A stretch of DNA of 62,968 bases, counting the filler, from Folioceros fuciformis (Eukaryota), in the NCBI GenBank assembly GCA_049999805.1. It is 9 parts of 9 records of this genome, joined end to end, with 100 filler letters (N's around TTAATTAATTAA, not from the genome) between each part and the next. Parts side by side here need not be neighbours in the genome. Positions count along the whole stretch, not along the records: positions 1 to 7,332 come from JBNGIO010001971.1; positions 7,433 to 23,361 come from JBNGIO010001973.1; 7 more parts are not named here. One strand, given 5' to 3'. The position numbers were made by a program, and so were the translations under genes. Shown piece after piece: positions 1 to 11,156 of this stretch (the stretch's first letter is position 1; each line of letters starts with the position of its first letter). The notes under the pieces are model-generated. The model worked only from the letters and a program-made list of their open reading frames with translations. It had not been told where the DNA came from and searched no databases.

Positions 1-257
1 AGGCTCTATCAGCCTCAGGGCGCACTCCCTGACCAGCTGGGGTGCTGCATGGTTCCACTTCTGGGTCATAAAGCTCAGACCCCGCTCTGCCACCAACTTC
101 CCTGCCCTGACCCTCCAGTGCTCCATATTGGGCCACAAGAGTAGGTCAATTCGGGGGACAGGAGGCCCCCCCTCCTGTCCAGAGGCTGCTGCTCCAAGGA
201 TCAGTTCAGGCCGCGCCCTCATCTTGCCTGTCCTCCTCCTCTCACACCTTGCGCCAT
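1..257 (-). pseudogene. Degenerate accessory ORF downstream of the family-A PPT (apparently inside the LTR)
   Basis: Translates ..LWPNMEHWRVRAGKLVAERGLSFMTQKWNHAAPQLVRECA.., matching 43930-44454. Both copies share the GAGAGATGGCGC start context. TATA-like TATAAAAACCCT at ~361-372. Confidence 0.7.
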
Positions 258-2322
258 CTCTCCCATCGTCCTAGCGCTTTCCCCTCTTTCAGCCGCTTCA
301 CGCTTCAAGTTACTCCCGCTTCCCGTACTTTCGGATGCTGGACAGAGCTCCCCTTTCTCTAGGGTTTTTATACCCTGCCTACTTTCTCCCCTTACGCTCG
401 TCGGGCTACCTCCAGTCGTCCCTCCGGTAACGGTTGCCGGCTACCATTGCCCTGTCACCTCGGGCCCTTACTTTTGCCTACCTTAATGTTCTCAATGACC
501 CGAGGGCCAAGGAGGCACTCGCTGCTTCCCCCTCCTTGTCCCGATCTCCCGTACTCCCCAAACCCCGAAGCCCAAGGTGGACTTTGGGGGTAAACACCCC
601 AATCTTACTCGCTTACTAAGCCGATTCGCCTATCCCTTCACAAAAGAATCACAACCTGCTTATTCCGTCAAGGACCGAACTATATCCTCCAGTTCAGAAG
701 ACCCCGCCACTCTGATCAGCAAGGACGGAGGAACCCCCACAAAATTCGGGTAAGGATGTTACAGGCGGCTGGGCCGAGGAGTCAGCACTGCGCGTGGAGG
801 AAGAACGACAACCCGAGAAGGGGACGGGCCAGAAGGCAGAAGAAGGAGGAAAGGATTTGCGGCTGGATGAAATGAGGAAATTGGGATTTCCTCCGGATGT
901 GCGTTAGGAGGTGGCTGATATGATCCAAGAGGAGTTGAATCAATCACTGGAGGATGCGGCAACGAAAGGGGGGCCAATGGGGGTTCCGAAAGTTTTTTTT
1001 CGTTCACATACTCCCCTTCTCATTTGTTGGCGCCCTCGCCAACCTACACATAATACCTCTTCACCCGCCACCCATTCACCCTGGTTGGCAGCAGCTGTCC
1101 GTCCATCTGTTGCAGCTGAATGGAGCCATTGTCAAAAACCTCAGCGACCCGGTATGGTCCCATCCACCTCAGATGCAATTTCCCTGGAAAGTGCATATAC
1201 CTGCTGTCATACAGCAGAGCCAGATCACCAGGTACTACCCATTCCTGTTGCTTCATCCTGCGGTCATGCCATTCCTTCCTCCTAGTCTGCATCTCCTGCA
1301 TCGTTTCCAACGCTTTTTCCATGTCTTCAGTGTGTTTAATGAAACTAACGAGGAGCTCCAGCTGACTTTCCTCCACTGTTATCCGCTTCCTGTTTTGAAC
1401 ACGTAGGGTTAACACTTCAAACTCCACAGGCATCACTGGGTGATGGCCATAAGTAAGATAGTAAGGAGTTTTCTGGGTGGTGACCCTCTCTGCAATCCGG
1501 TATGCCCACAGCGCCGAATGGAGCTTGAGATCCCAATCATAAGAATACTCCACTGTCACCTTGTTCAGTATTCGACACAAAAGACCATTCGCTTTCTCTG
1601 TCAGCCCATTCGCCTTCAGATTGTAGAGGGTAGTTTGCCTGTGCTGCACATTGAAATGGTCCGCCAGATGGGTGCTTACCTCATTGACAAAGTGGGTACC
1701 CCGGTCACTTACTAGCTCCAGCGGACAGCCATACCGAGCAATCACTTGCTCGAACAGAAATTTCGCGACCACATGCGCAGTGTCCACTTGCAGGGGCTGC
1801 GCTTCCACCATCCTTGTGCAGTAATCCGTCGCAACTAGAATGTATTGATTCTGCCGAACTCAAGTCTTTGGTTGGATCGGTCCCACAAAATCGATTCCCC
1901 ACTTCTCGAAGGGTGCCAAAGCCAGAATCGGCACCAACGGCCATTGCGTCGACGGGGTAGGCTTCCCCACCCGCTGGCAGGCATCACATTTTTTCACGTA
2001 CTGTGCTGTATCTTTGTACATCGTGGGCCACCAGTATCCTGCCTCCAGGATCTTCCTGCAAGTAATATGTGCTGCGAAATGGCCACCTGCCTCCCCGTCG
2101 TGCAGGCCCCTCAGCACTTGCTCAATCCTCTCTCTTGTTATCCATAGACGTTGGCGTCCGTCTGGCCCGATTTGATACAGCTCCCCTCCGCTGCGAGTGA
2201 AAGGTCGGGTGTAGTGCACCCAAGCTTGCCCCCGCTGCCTCGATACATCGCTAGGAATGACCCCCGACTCTAGGAATTCCGCTACTTCCAAATAGGTGGG
2301 CCGAACAATCTTGATCCTCCCC
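1..2322 (-). mobile_element. Non-chromovirus Ty3/Gypsy 3' part (family A): integrase, PPT and 3' LTR running off the window
   Basis: Integrase HHCC zinc finger (H..GGH...CDAC), core WGIDFVGP / LVSDRGTHF and GPY/F tail WMGPY..RVNGWRVKRYY in ORFs 1860-2399 and 1044-1811, with a frameshift between them. PPT GAGAAGGGGAGTA at 1009-1021; LTR starts TGTGAACG at 1008. Confidence 0.9.
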
Positions 2323-2323
2323 T

Positions 2324-2537
2324 TAATAGGAATATAAGATGCTGAATAGCAGTCAAGACAACTTGACATCTTGTGCGCGTAGTGAGAGATAGATATCAAA
2401 AGAATCCAGCATGATAATTAATGAGAGAATAATTAATAATGAAAAGGTAAAGGTATTTATAGCCAAGCCCTAAACTAATTAGGTCATCTATTCATGCATA
2501 CTCCTAGGTTACCCATAACAACGGGTTATTTTCAACA
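2324..2537 (-). repeat. 3' LTR (~214 bp) of the Copia element inserted into the Gypsy pol
   Basis: On the minus strand PPT-like TATGTGGGAG is followed by TGTTGAAAA. The segment is AT-rich and ends TATTA (decayed TATCA) where Gypsy pol resumes. Confidence 0.7.
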
Positions 2538-2747
2538 CTCCCACATAACCTAGGCAGTGTGCATCTTCCTTTAGATGAGAGTCGAGCGCCGCCCTCTCCC
2601 GTTATCGCACACGCTCGTTAGCCAGAGCTCGCACTGTTACGCGCTGGGAGCTGAAGCGACGACTGTGACACCATGTCGCAGCTACTTGCGATTGTGGCCA
2701 CCATCCTCGCCTCCTTCTGTTTGCTCATACTGTGGTAGCAGCAGAAA

Positions 2748-3183
2748 ATGACTACAAGAAGCGGTGCGCGCTACAGGCCTGAAAGGTATGGAGAGGGTGC
2801 TGTCCCAAGGAAGAAACGTGCGGTGAAGAAACAGGAAGAGGTTGCAGCTGGTGCTAGGAACACAAGGGCTTTGCAGTGGAGACCTTCCAATCTACAGCAC
2901 TACATCAGTAGCTGCGGCTTGGAAGTGGAGGTGGCAGCCAACGTGACTGTGCGCAAGGTGCAGGAAACAGGCAGGGCAAATTCAGCTGTGAAGGAAAAAA
3001 GAGATAGTGGCTGAACTCCTGGACCCGCCTAACCCAGACCCCCTCAGAGGGATGAAGGTTAGATGGCGCGAGGCAATCAGGACCCCACTGCCTGCTGATG
3101 AAAACGTGAAGGAAGAAACAGAAGTAGAAAGGATTGATCCAGCAGACGGGAGACAGCTCCCACAGAAGACAACAAACCCCTAA
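2748..3183 (+). CDS. Putative ~145-aa antisense ORF in the Copia 3' region (one frameshift in an A6 run)
   Basis: MTTRSGARY.. ORF 2748-3014. Removing one A at 2995-3000 extends it, stop-free, through ..EIVAELLDPPNPD..WREAIRTPLP.. to TAA at 3181-3183. Confidence 0.4.
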
Positions 3184-6100
3184 AGTGCCATGATTAGGTA
3201 AACACTGTGATGATTCATCCATGGCTGTGATGGTGATAGACAGAAGCAAGTCTGACCAACTAATCTGTATGTATGTGCTGCAGAACACATGGCAGGACTG
3301 ATGAGAGGACAACTTTAGAGCTGGGTCTCACAGCTAAAATTATGATAAACTATAAAACCAGGGGACTGAGGTCCCCATCCCCCCAATTCCAAACAGGTCA
3401 GACTGTCACCACTGTTTACCTTACTCCTGTTCTTGGTAACAAATAGCTGAAGTCTCGTATACCCAGGGATTCCATGTGATGCGAATGCTTGAGCTTGGGT
3501 AGTGACTTTGTCATGATATCTGCAGTATTCTCCGTTGTTGGTATATATTTTACTTGTATGACTCCTCGTGCCACTGCATCTCTAACATAATGATGTTTGA
3601 TCTCGATGTGTTTTGTACGAGCATGAAAACGCGGGTTGGCAACAAGGGCAATCGCAGAGTTGTTATCACAATACACAGTAGTAGGACTGGCTTGCTCATG
3701 ATGAAGTTCCTTGAGGTATGATCTTGCCCATTTAGCCTCCTTAGCAGAGTCTGTAAGTGATACATATTCTGCTTCGGTTGAGGATAAAGCAATAGCTGAT
3801 TGCTTCTTGCAGGACCAGGTAACGGCCCCACCAACTAGCAGAAAACAATATGTGGACAAACTCTTACGGGAGTTGGGATCAGAAGCCCAATCTGCATCTG
3901 TGTAAGCTTCAAGTGTTAGACCAGAAGGAAGACCAGCTTGGTAGAAGATACCGTAATTCATGGTCCCCTTCAGGTAACGATAGATTCTTTTCACTGCTGC
4001 CCAATGAATTCGTCCCGGCTTCTCCAGAAATTGGGATACACAGAAGACTGAGAATGCGATATCAGGTCTTGTCCAATTTGATATGAAGATGAGGCAACCG
4101 ACAGCGTGCCTATAGGGAATCTTCTCCATATCAGCAATCTCCTCTGGAGTGGAAGCACATTGATCAGATGTTAACTTAACACCGACTGAACCAGGGGTGG
4201 ACACAGGCCTGGCTTCATCAAGCCGAAAACGCTTCAAAATCTCAGATAAGTATTTCTTTTGATGAATGACTATGAGGCCTTTTTCTCTGTTCCTTAATAC
4301 TTGAACACCCAGGCAGAATTTAAGTGCTCCCACATCTTTCATTTCAAATTTATCCCTTAAAAGGTCTTTAACCTTATTCAAGATATGGGTATCTGTACAG
4401 GCAAAGATGCAGTCGTCTACATACACTGCAAGAATGCAAAAGGCTGAGCTGTCGACAAGATAATATACAGATGAGTCTGCTGAACTTTGTGTAAAACCTA
4501 GAGCTTTGAGTTCAGCGTCAAGTTTCTCATTCCATAGCATGGCACTTTGCTTAAGCCCATACAGGGCTTTGAGTAGCCTCAGTACCTTGTTAGGAAAACG
4601 TTTATCCACATAACCCTGGGGCTGCTCCATGTAAATTTCCTCCTTAATCTCCCCATGTAGAAAAGCAGTACACACATCCATTTGATGCAATTCCAAGTTC
4701 AGTTCCGCAGATATGGCTAACAGCATCCTAATAGATTGTGCTCGTACGACAGGGGAAAAAGTTTCCTGGTAATCCAGGCCAGGAACTTGAGAAAATCCAC
4801 GAGCGCAGAGCTTGGCCTTATAACGGGCAATCTCACCTTCAGCATTAAGTTTGGTCTTGAAGACCCATTTACAAGTGACAGCCTTCCTACCAGGTGGCAA
4901 GTCTGTAAGTTCCCATGTTTTATTTTTAGACTGGTATTCCTCCTCTACTGCAGCTTGCCACTTATCAGCATCAGGACCAGCATAGGCTTCATCCATGGAA
5001 ACAGGATCCAGCAAAATGGGAGTGCTGCCAGGAATGGCAGCATGAGTAGAAGGCCGGAAGTCATAAGAAGCATAAGGAGGTTCTGACCATTGGGCACGAG
5101 GTAGGCGGGCACGAGGAGGATTGCGTCTAGGAACGACAACAGCAGGAAGATCCTCCTCTTGATCTGGTGTGTCTGGATCAGGGTAGGGTAGATCAGCAGG
5201 TTCAGGGAAAGGGTCTGCGACAGGGTCCTGAACTGCATCAGGAAGGTCAGGAACATGCACATCCAGAGGATCAACAGGGGGAACTTGCTGTGGAGCTGAT
5301 ACAGGAATTGGAGGATTAGCAGCAGGGGAATTAGCTGCTGCTAGAGGTAGAACATGTTGTTGAGGGGCAGGAATACCCTGGGGAAACTGAGCAGGTTGAA
5401 TGTCATAACCTGTCAGGTCAACAAAAGTATCCTCATCATCGGATGAGTCAGAAGCGGACTCTGCATGAACTCCTGCGTTGGCTGGAGACCCAGGGGCAAC
5501 AATCTCCTTAAAAACAACACTCCGGGCTAAGACTGGGGCGTAGGTGAGGGGGTCTATCAATTTGTATGCTTTGGCCTCTTCGCTATAGCCTATAAAAAGC
5601 AAGGCTTTGGACCTATCATCAAGTTTCTGACGTTTGGCTTGTGGGATGTAGGCGTAAGCGGGAGACCCAAAAACTCTGAGGTGCATGATACTAGGTTTGC
5701 GACCCCAAAACAACTCAAAAGGAGTCTTGCCTTGTAAAGAAGTTGTGATCAGCCGATTAAGGATATAAGTCGAAGTGACCACTGCCTCAGCCCAATACTC
5801 AGCAGGTAAATTAGACCAACTCAACATACTTCTTGTCATCCCCATAAGTGTCTGATTTTTACGCTCCGCCACGCCGCTCTGCTGTGGTGTGTAAGGTACA
5901 GTGAGTTGGCGTATGATACCGCGTTCCTGAAGATATTGGTCAAAGAGACCGTTGCAAAATTCTGTTCCATTGTCTGAACGGATACACTTGAGAAAATTTC
6001 CAAACTGCCTCTATGCCATGGGTAACCACTCCTGAAAACAGCCAAAAGTATCACTTTTCTTGGCCATTGGGTAGGTCCAGGTGTAACGACTATAGTCGTC

Positions 6101-7332
6101 AGTGATGGTAAGATAATATGAAGAACCACCTATGGACTTAGCCTGCAGCTTTCCAGAGATATCAGTATGAACCAGATCCAGGACTGCAGAGGTGCAAAAA
6201 CCAGAGTGTGGAAAAGGCTTCTCCCTTTGCTTGGCGAGAAGGCAAGCTTCGCATACAGGTAACTCCTTAAAACAGGATGGCAATGGTTCTTCATAACAGC
6301 TTTCAGTTGACATTTTAATTAACATATTTTTGTTGACATGTCCGAGTCTGGCATGCCACAATCTGGCTTGTTCTGATGCAGGCAAATAGGCTGGTGTGGT
6401 TGCAGTAGCCACAGGGCTGGTGGTAGGAACCTCACATAGAACGTCCAGTCGATAAAGCTCTGAGTCCGGGACTCCGCGGCCAATACATTGTGCAGTAGAA
6501 GCACGTCTGAATATCTCACAAGTGTTGCCAAAGAATCGAAGTTCAAGATTGAAATGCATGGCGAGAAGTCTCACAGAAAGTAAATTCTTTGCCATTCCAG
6601 GTACGTACAGAATTCCTGGAACATTCAGGACTGAATTATCAGACATTACAAAAGGCATGTACCGTAGCCTTTGATGGGTAGGCTGGTTGACTTCTGTTCG
6701 TCCCCAAGTAGTACACACTGTGTCGAATGTGAAATGTCCTTGTAGCTGGTGAATAAGCTTTTGTCTTTGCAGATGTGTGCAGTCGCGCCAGAGTCCAAAA
6801 AACCAGCTGCCAGGATCACTTGAGGAAGAGGAAAGGCAGATGGTGTAAATCTTGACCACAGCTTTACCTCCTTCAGGCGAAGATCTTTCCTTGGCAACAG
6901 AATTAACTTCTGGCTTGGGACGACGAGGCTCGCCAGCCTTCTTACGGCGGCAGTCTCTCTCCCAATGTCCCGGTGTATTGCACCAATTGCAGCTACCAGG
7001 CTTCTTAGTATTTGAGGAAGATCCAGCAGCGGAGGTTTGGCTGATGTGTCGACCTCTACCGCCTCAGCCTCTCCCCCTCCCAAAACCTCCACGCTGGGTG
7101 GAGGTGAAGAGGACCCTGTCTGTCCGTATCTTGCTAGAACCACCTTGAGTATTTCGAAGGCGGCTCTGTTCCTCCTGAAAAAGGGCTGCAATAACTTGCT
7201 CCAATGTGATGCCTGCCGGTTGGCCCGCTGTGACGTTCTGACCAGCAACAGCTAAAGGCCCATTCTGAAGTGAAACGAATGTTTGGTATGATGCAGGCAA
7301 AGTGAGAAGAAATCGCGCGACGGCGTCCTCCT

Positions 7333-7432
7333 NNNNNNNNNNNNNNNNNNNNNNNNNNNNNNNNNNNNNNNNNNNNTTAATTAATTAANNNNNNNNNNNN
7401 NNNNNNNNNNNNNNNNNNNNNNNNNNNNNNNN
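7333..7432. other. Artificial contig spacer
   Basis: N44-TTAATTAATTAA-N44, with stops in all frames. Confidence 0.98.
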
Positions 7433-8313
7433 GCCGCGTCCTCCAATAGCCCATGTCAAGTGTGCAGCTGGATGAGGGAGGGGGGGGGGGGGGGTGTTCC
7501 GGGTCTTCTGTTCTGTAGATTACAACAATCAGGCCGTCTGTTCAGGCCTTCCTGTTGTATGCAGCCTGTGAGCACAACGCACAGCATATAATCAGACTAT
7601 TGACGAAAATTTCCATCCTCGCTGAATGCTGAACCAAGAGGTCCGAGGTGGTCTTCCTCTCTTTGGCTTGCTCCAGGCTATTACGATTTTGATGCCTTCA
7701 CAGCTGGGTAGCCCCCTGGGTTCCGGACAACGGCATCCAGCTCGTCTGATAGATCGACCCACATAGGAGATCATGGTTACAAATACGGTGGAAGGCTTTT
7801 ATCAATAACGACAGCCGACAGCAACTTACCAAAGATCATGTTTGCAGGACGCGTGAAGAAGGGTGTGGCCAGCCTGATTCACACCAACCCCAGTTCCAGG
7901 CAGCTGTCATCACTGCGAGGAGCAGCACAACGCCGAACATCTGCTCTCGGCTCTGGTGAGCAGTTGCGTGCCGGCATGCTTGGCGTCTAGTCCTTCGTGG
8001 AATCTCACTTCCAGCTGTCTTGCAGTGGAGCCGATTGCAAGGCAGGCATTGTGGGACAAGGATCTGACAGTGTCCCAGAAGTGGTGGGACAAGAAGGTGA
8101 GGTTTTGGGAAACTTGAAAACGTTGTGAATTTGCAGTCCATTTGCTGCCATGGCCGGCAGCAGGTCTTGGTGGAACTCTCAAATCGTTTGGGTCTGCATG
8201 GCAGAGGAGGTACCTGGAGGAGGTGGAACTACATGGGAAGCTAGGACCCGCAGCACAGACTGGTGGTGGGTGCACAACATCCGACCAGATAGCATGGGAC
8301 AGTAGAGCTGACT

Positions 8314-10830
8314 GTGAGAGGTCCGAACTGTGCTCCGCAATTGCACCTCGATCTGTCTTTAGAGTTGGATTATCACTCGATTGAGCCGTTCTGGGAATGC
8401 AGGAGTTTTGAAGTGAGAACGTGGGAGAGGCTTTGCCAACATGGGCAGCTGGGGGAGGCCGTCGAGGCCTTGGACCTTCTGGTGCAGGAGAGGTCGTACG
8501 TCCCTCCAGCACCTTTCTACCATGTTCTCAAGAAGTGTATTGCACAGAAAGATGTCGTTGTGGGCAGGCGTGCTCATGCCCTTGCTCTCAAGAGTGGTCA
8601 CGAGTTCGACACATTTCTGGCCAACCACATCATCCGCATGTATGCTTCTCAAGGCAGGTTGCAGGAAGCAGTTCAGGTCTTTACCAAGTTGTCTGCACCA
8701 GACTGCTTTGTGTGGGCATCCATCATTTTGGCACATGCTGAATACGGACAACCTACCCAGGCTATCAGATTCTACGAACAGATGCGTTTGTCCAGGGTGA
8801 AAGCAGACAACTACGTATTCGTGGCAGTCCTTAAAGCCTGTGGAGCTGCCGCAGATCTGGCATGTGGCAAGCAGGTGCATGCTGCTGTTTTGGAGAGTAG
8901 GGTTGAGCCCAATATTTTCGTCGGCAATGCCTTGTTGGACATGTATGCAAAGTGTGGGAGTTTGCAAGACGCACGACTGGTGTTTGATGGTCTGTCGACC
9001 AAAGATGTGGTGTCATGGACTTCCATGATTGCAGGGTATGCTCAGCATGGGCGTGGTCAAGAAGCCCTTACTCTTTATGCCAATATGCAGCAGGAGGGAG
9101 CAGTGGTGCCCAATGATGTCACTTTTGTCTGCCTTCTGAAAGCGTGTGCCTCGGTTGGAGCATTGCATGATGGCAAGGAGCTTCACCGTCAAATACAGCA
9201 AAGGGGATTTGCGACTGATGTGGCCGTAAGCAACTGCTTGGTGGACATGTATGCCAAATGTGGGAGCATAGGGGATGCTCGCAAGGTATTTGACAGCATG
9301 CCCAAGAGGGATTTTCTCAGCTGGAATTCTATGATTGCAGGGTATGTTCAGCATGGGCTAGGCCGAGAAGCACTGGCGCTGTATGGCTGCATGCAGCAAG
9401 CCCTTGCTGATAACGTCACGTTTGTTTGCTTGCTGAAGTCTTGTGCGATTGTTAGAGATTTGCGGGCAGGCAGAGAGCTTCATGGCCAGATTCAAGAAAG
9501 GGGTTTGGAAGCTGATACGCTCATTGGCAACAGCCTGGTGGACATGTATGCGAAATGTGGGAGTTTAGAGGATGCTCGGAGATTGTTCGACAGGCTGCCA
9601 ATACGAAACGTCGTGACATGGAATGCCATGATCACAGGCTATGCCCAGCAAGGGGTTGGTGAGGAAGCTTTGTTGCTTTATGCAAGTATGCAACAGGAGG
9701 CAATGACTGCCGCCAGTAATGTAACCTTCGTTTCCCTTCTGAAAGCCTGTGCTAGCACGGGTGCTTTGAATCAAGGGAAGCAGCTGCACTTGGACATCCG
9801 GGAACGAGGCCTGGAATTGGATGTCGTTGTTGGTAGCAGCCTTGTTGATATGTATGGAAAATGCGGGAGTGTGGCAGAGGCTCGCAAAGTGTTTGACAGG
9901 CTGCCAACCAAGAACGTGGTGACCTGGAATGCGCTGCTGAACGGGTACAGCCAGCACAACCACAGCCACATGGCAATGCTGTGTTTCAAAGAGATGCAAC
10001 GGTATGGTGTTGAACCTGATGAAACCACTTTCATCTGCCTGCTAGCAGCATGCAGCCACCAGGGCATGGTGAAGGAGGGACGGCAGTTTTTTGACAGTAT
10101 GGCGGAAGACTATGGCCTTGCACCCACCATTCATCACTACAATTGTATGGTCGACCTCATGGCCAGGTCAGGCCACCTGGATGAGGCAGAAAGGTTTCTG
10201 CTAACCATGCCGTTGGAGCAGGATGCCGTGGGATGGACATCCTTGCTGACCGCCTGCAAGGGCCACGGAGATGTAGAGCGTGGAAGGCGGTGCTTTGATC
10301 AGCTCATTCAGCTGGAACCGCAGAATGCAGCTGGGTACATGCTTCTAGCCAACACCTACGCGGAAGCTGGTAGGTGGAGTGATGTGGATATGATAGAACG
10401 CCTGAGAGTGTCTGCAGGCGCTTGCAAAAAACCTGCCATTGCCTGGATTGAGGTGAGGAGCAAAGTTCATTCTTTCGTAGTGGGGGAAGAAAGGGGTGAC
10501 CTTTACGGCAAGCTCAAGAGTGTGAACCTGCAGTTTGTACAGGAGGGAGGTCACGTACCCCACACGGAGTTGGTCCTGAGGCCAGTGTCAGAGACTGAGA
10601 AGCAAGATGCCTTGTGTGGCCATGCTGAGAAGCTGGCATTGGCCTATGGACTCCTTAACACTCCCGATGGCTCACCCTTGGTGGTCACCAAGAATTTACG
10701 CATGTGCAATGACTGCCACAGCGGCACCAAGATTATGTCCAGGATTGAGAAGCGTGAGATTATTGTCAGAGATGCACACCATGTGCACCACTTTGTGAAT
10801 GGTTTCTGCTCCTGTGGAGATGGACCCTGA
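8314..10830 (+). CDS. PLS-class PPR protein with E1/E2 and a complete DYW:KP-type deaminase domain (candidate U-to-C RNA editing factor); start codon uncertain
   Basis: About 17 P/L/S motifs ending P2-L2-S2-E1-E2. KKPAIAWIE replaces PGxSWIE, HAEKLA replaces HSEKLA, zinc ligands MCNDCH, C-terminus CSCGDGP. First in-frame ATG is at 8638 and there is an in-frame TAG at 8290. Confidence 0.92.
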   Translation: MRGPNCAPQLHLDLSLELDYHSIEPFWECRSFEVRTWERLCQHGQLGEAVEALDLLVQERSYVPPAPFYHVLKKCIAQKDVVVGRRAHALALKSGHEFDTFLANHIIRMYASQGRLQEAVQVFTKLSAPDCFVWASIILAHAEYGQPTQAIRFYEQMRLSRVKADNYVFVAVLKACGAAADLACGKQVHAAVLESRVEPNIFVGNALLDMYAKCGSLQDARLVFDGLSTKDVVSWTSMIAGYAQHGRGQEALTLYANMQQEGAVVPNDVTFVCLLKACASVGALHDGKELHRQIQQRGFATDVAVSNCLVDMYAKCGSIGDARKVFDSMPKRDFLSWNSMIAGYVQHGLGREALALYGCMQQALADNVTFVCLLKSCAIVRDLRAGRELHGQIQERGLEADTLIGNSLVDMYAKCGSLEDARRLFDRLPIRNVVTWNAMITGYAQQGVGEEALLLYASMQQEAMTAASNVTFVSLLKACASTGALNQGKQLHLDIRERGLELDVVVGSSLVDMYGKCGSVAEARKVFDRLPTKNVVTWNALLNGYSQHNHSHMAMLCFKEMQRYGVEPDETTFICLLAACSHQGMVKEGRQFFDSMAEDYGLAPTIHHYNCMVDLMARSGHLDEAERFLLTMPLEQDAVGWTSLLTACKGHGDVERGRRCFDQLIQLEPQNAAGYMLLANTYAEAGRWSDVDMIERLRVSAGACKKPAIAWIEVRSKVHSFVVGEERGDLYGKLKSVNLQFVQEGGHVPHTELVLRPVSETEKQDALCGHAEKLALAYGLLNTPDGSPLVVTKNLRMCNDCHSGTKIMSRIEKREIIVRDAHHVHHFVNGFCSCGDGP

Positions 10831-11156
10831 TTCTCACCTGGACAGAAGTTAGGCGAGTTGTACAATCCGTGGCCATGGACGTGTCCCCTGGTGCTCCGCT
10901 GGGGAGGTGGAGCACTGGTTGTTCTTGAATTAGGAACAAGATAATGATGGGATATAGCATTTGCCCGGGGAGTTCATTCATTGCCAACTTAGATGATAAA
11001 AATGTTGGACATGTCGATGACGGTGCCATGCTACCCAGTGTATATTCTTGACACAACAGTGTGGTTGTAGGAGACTCTAAACAGGCAGAAGAGTGTACCT
11101 GGAAGGAGATTGGCATGTTGCATCATCGCTTCCACTATCTCGGGAATTCCTTGGGA

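Larger units (their letters stand above)
2324..7332 (-). mobile_element. Ty1/Copia retrotransposon, gag-pol with a few lesions, 5' end cut by the contig end
   Basis: Gag zinc knuckle CNWCNTPGHWERDC (~6950-6995), protease LDSGATAHIC (frameshift ~6805), LWHARLGH/CEAC, integrase VHTDISG (in-frame stop at 6011), RT HQMDV..LYGLKQ..YVDD, RNase H TDADWA..KHIEIKHH. Pol ends at 3416. Confidence 0.95.

Noticed and set aside
7475-7494. Poly-G run as a functional G-quadruplex
   Set aside because: A simple homopolymer near a contig end with unreliable length and no supporting context.
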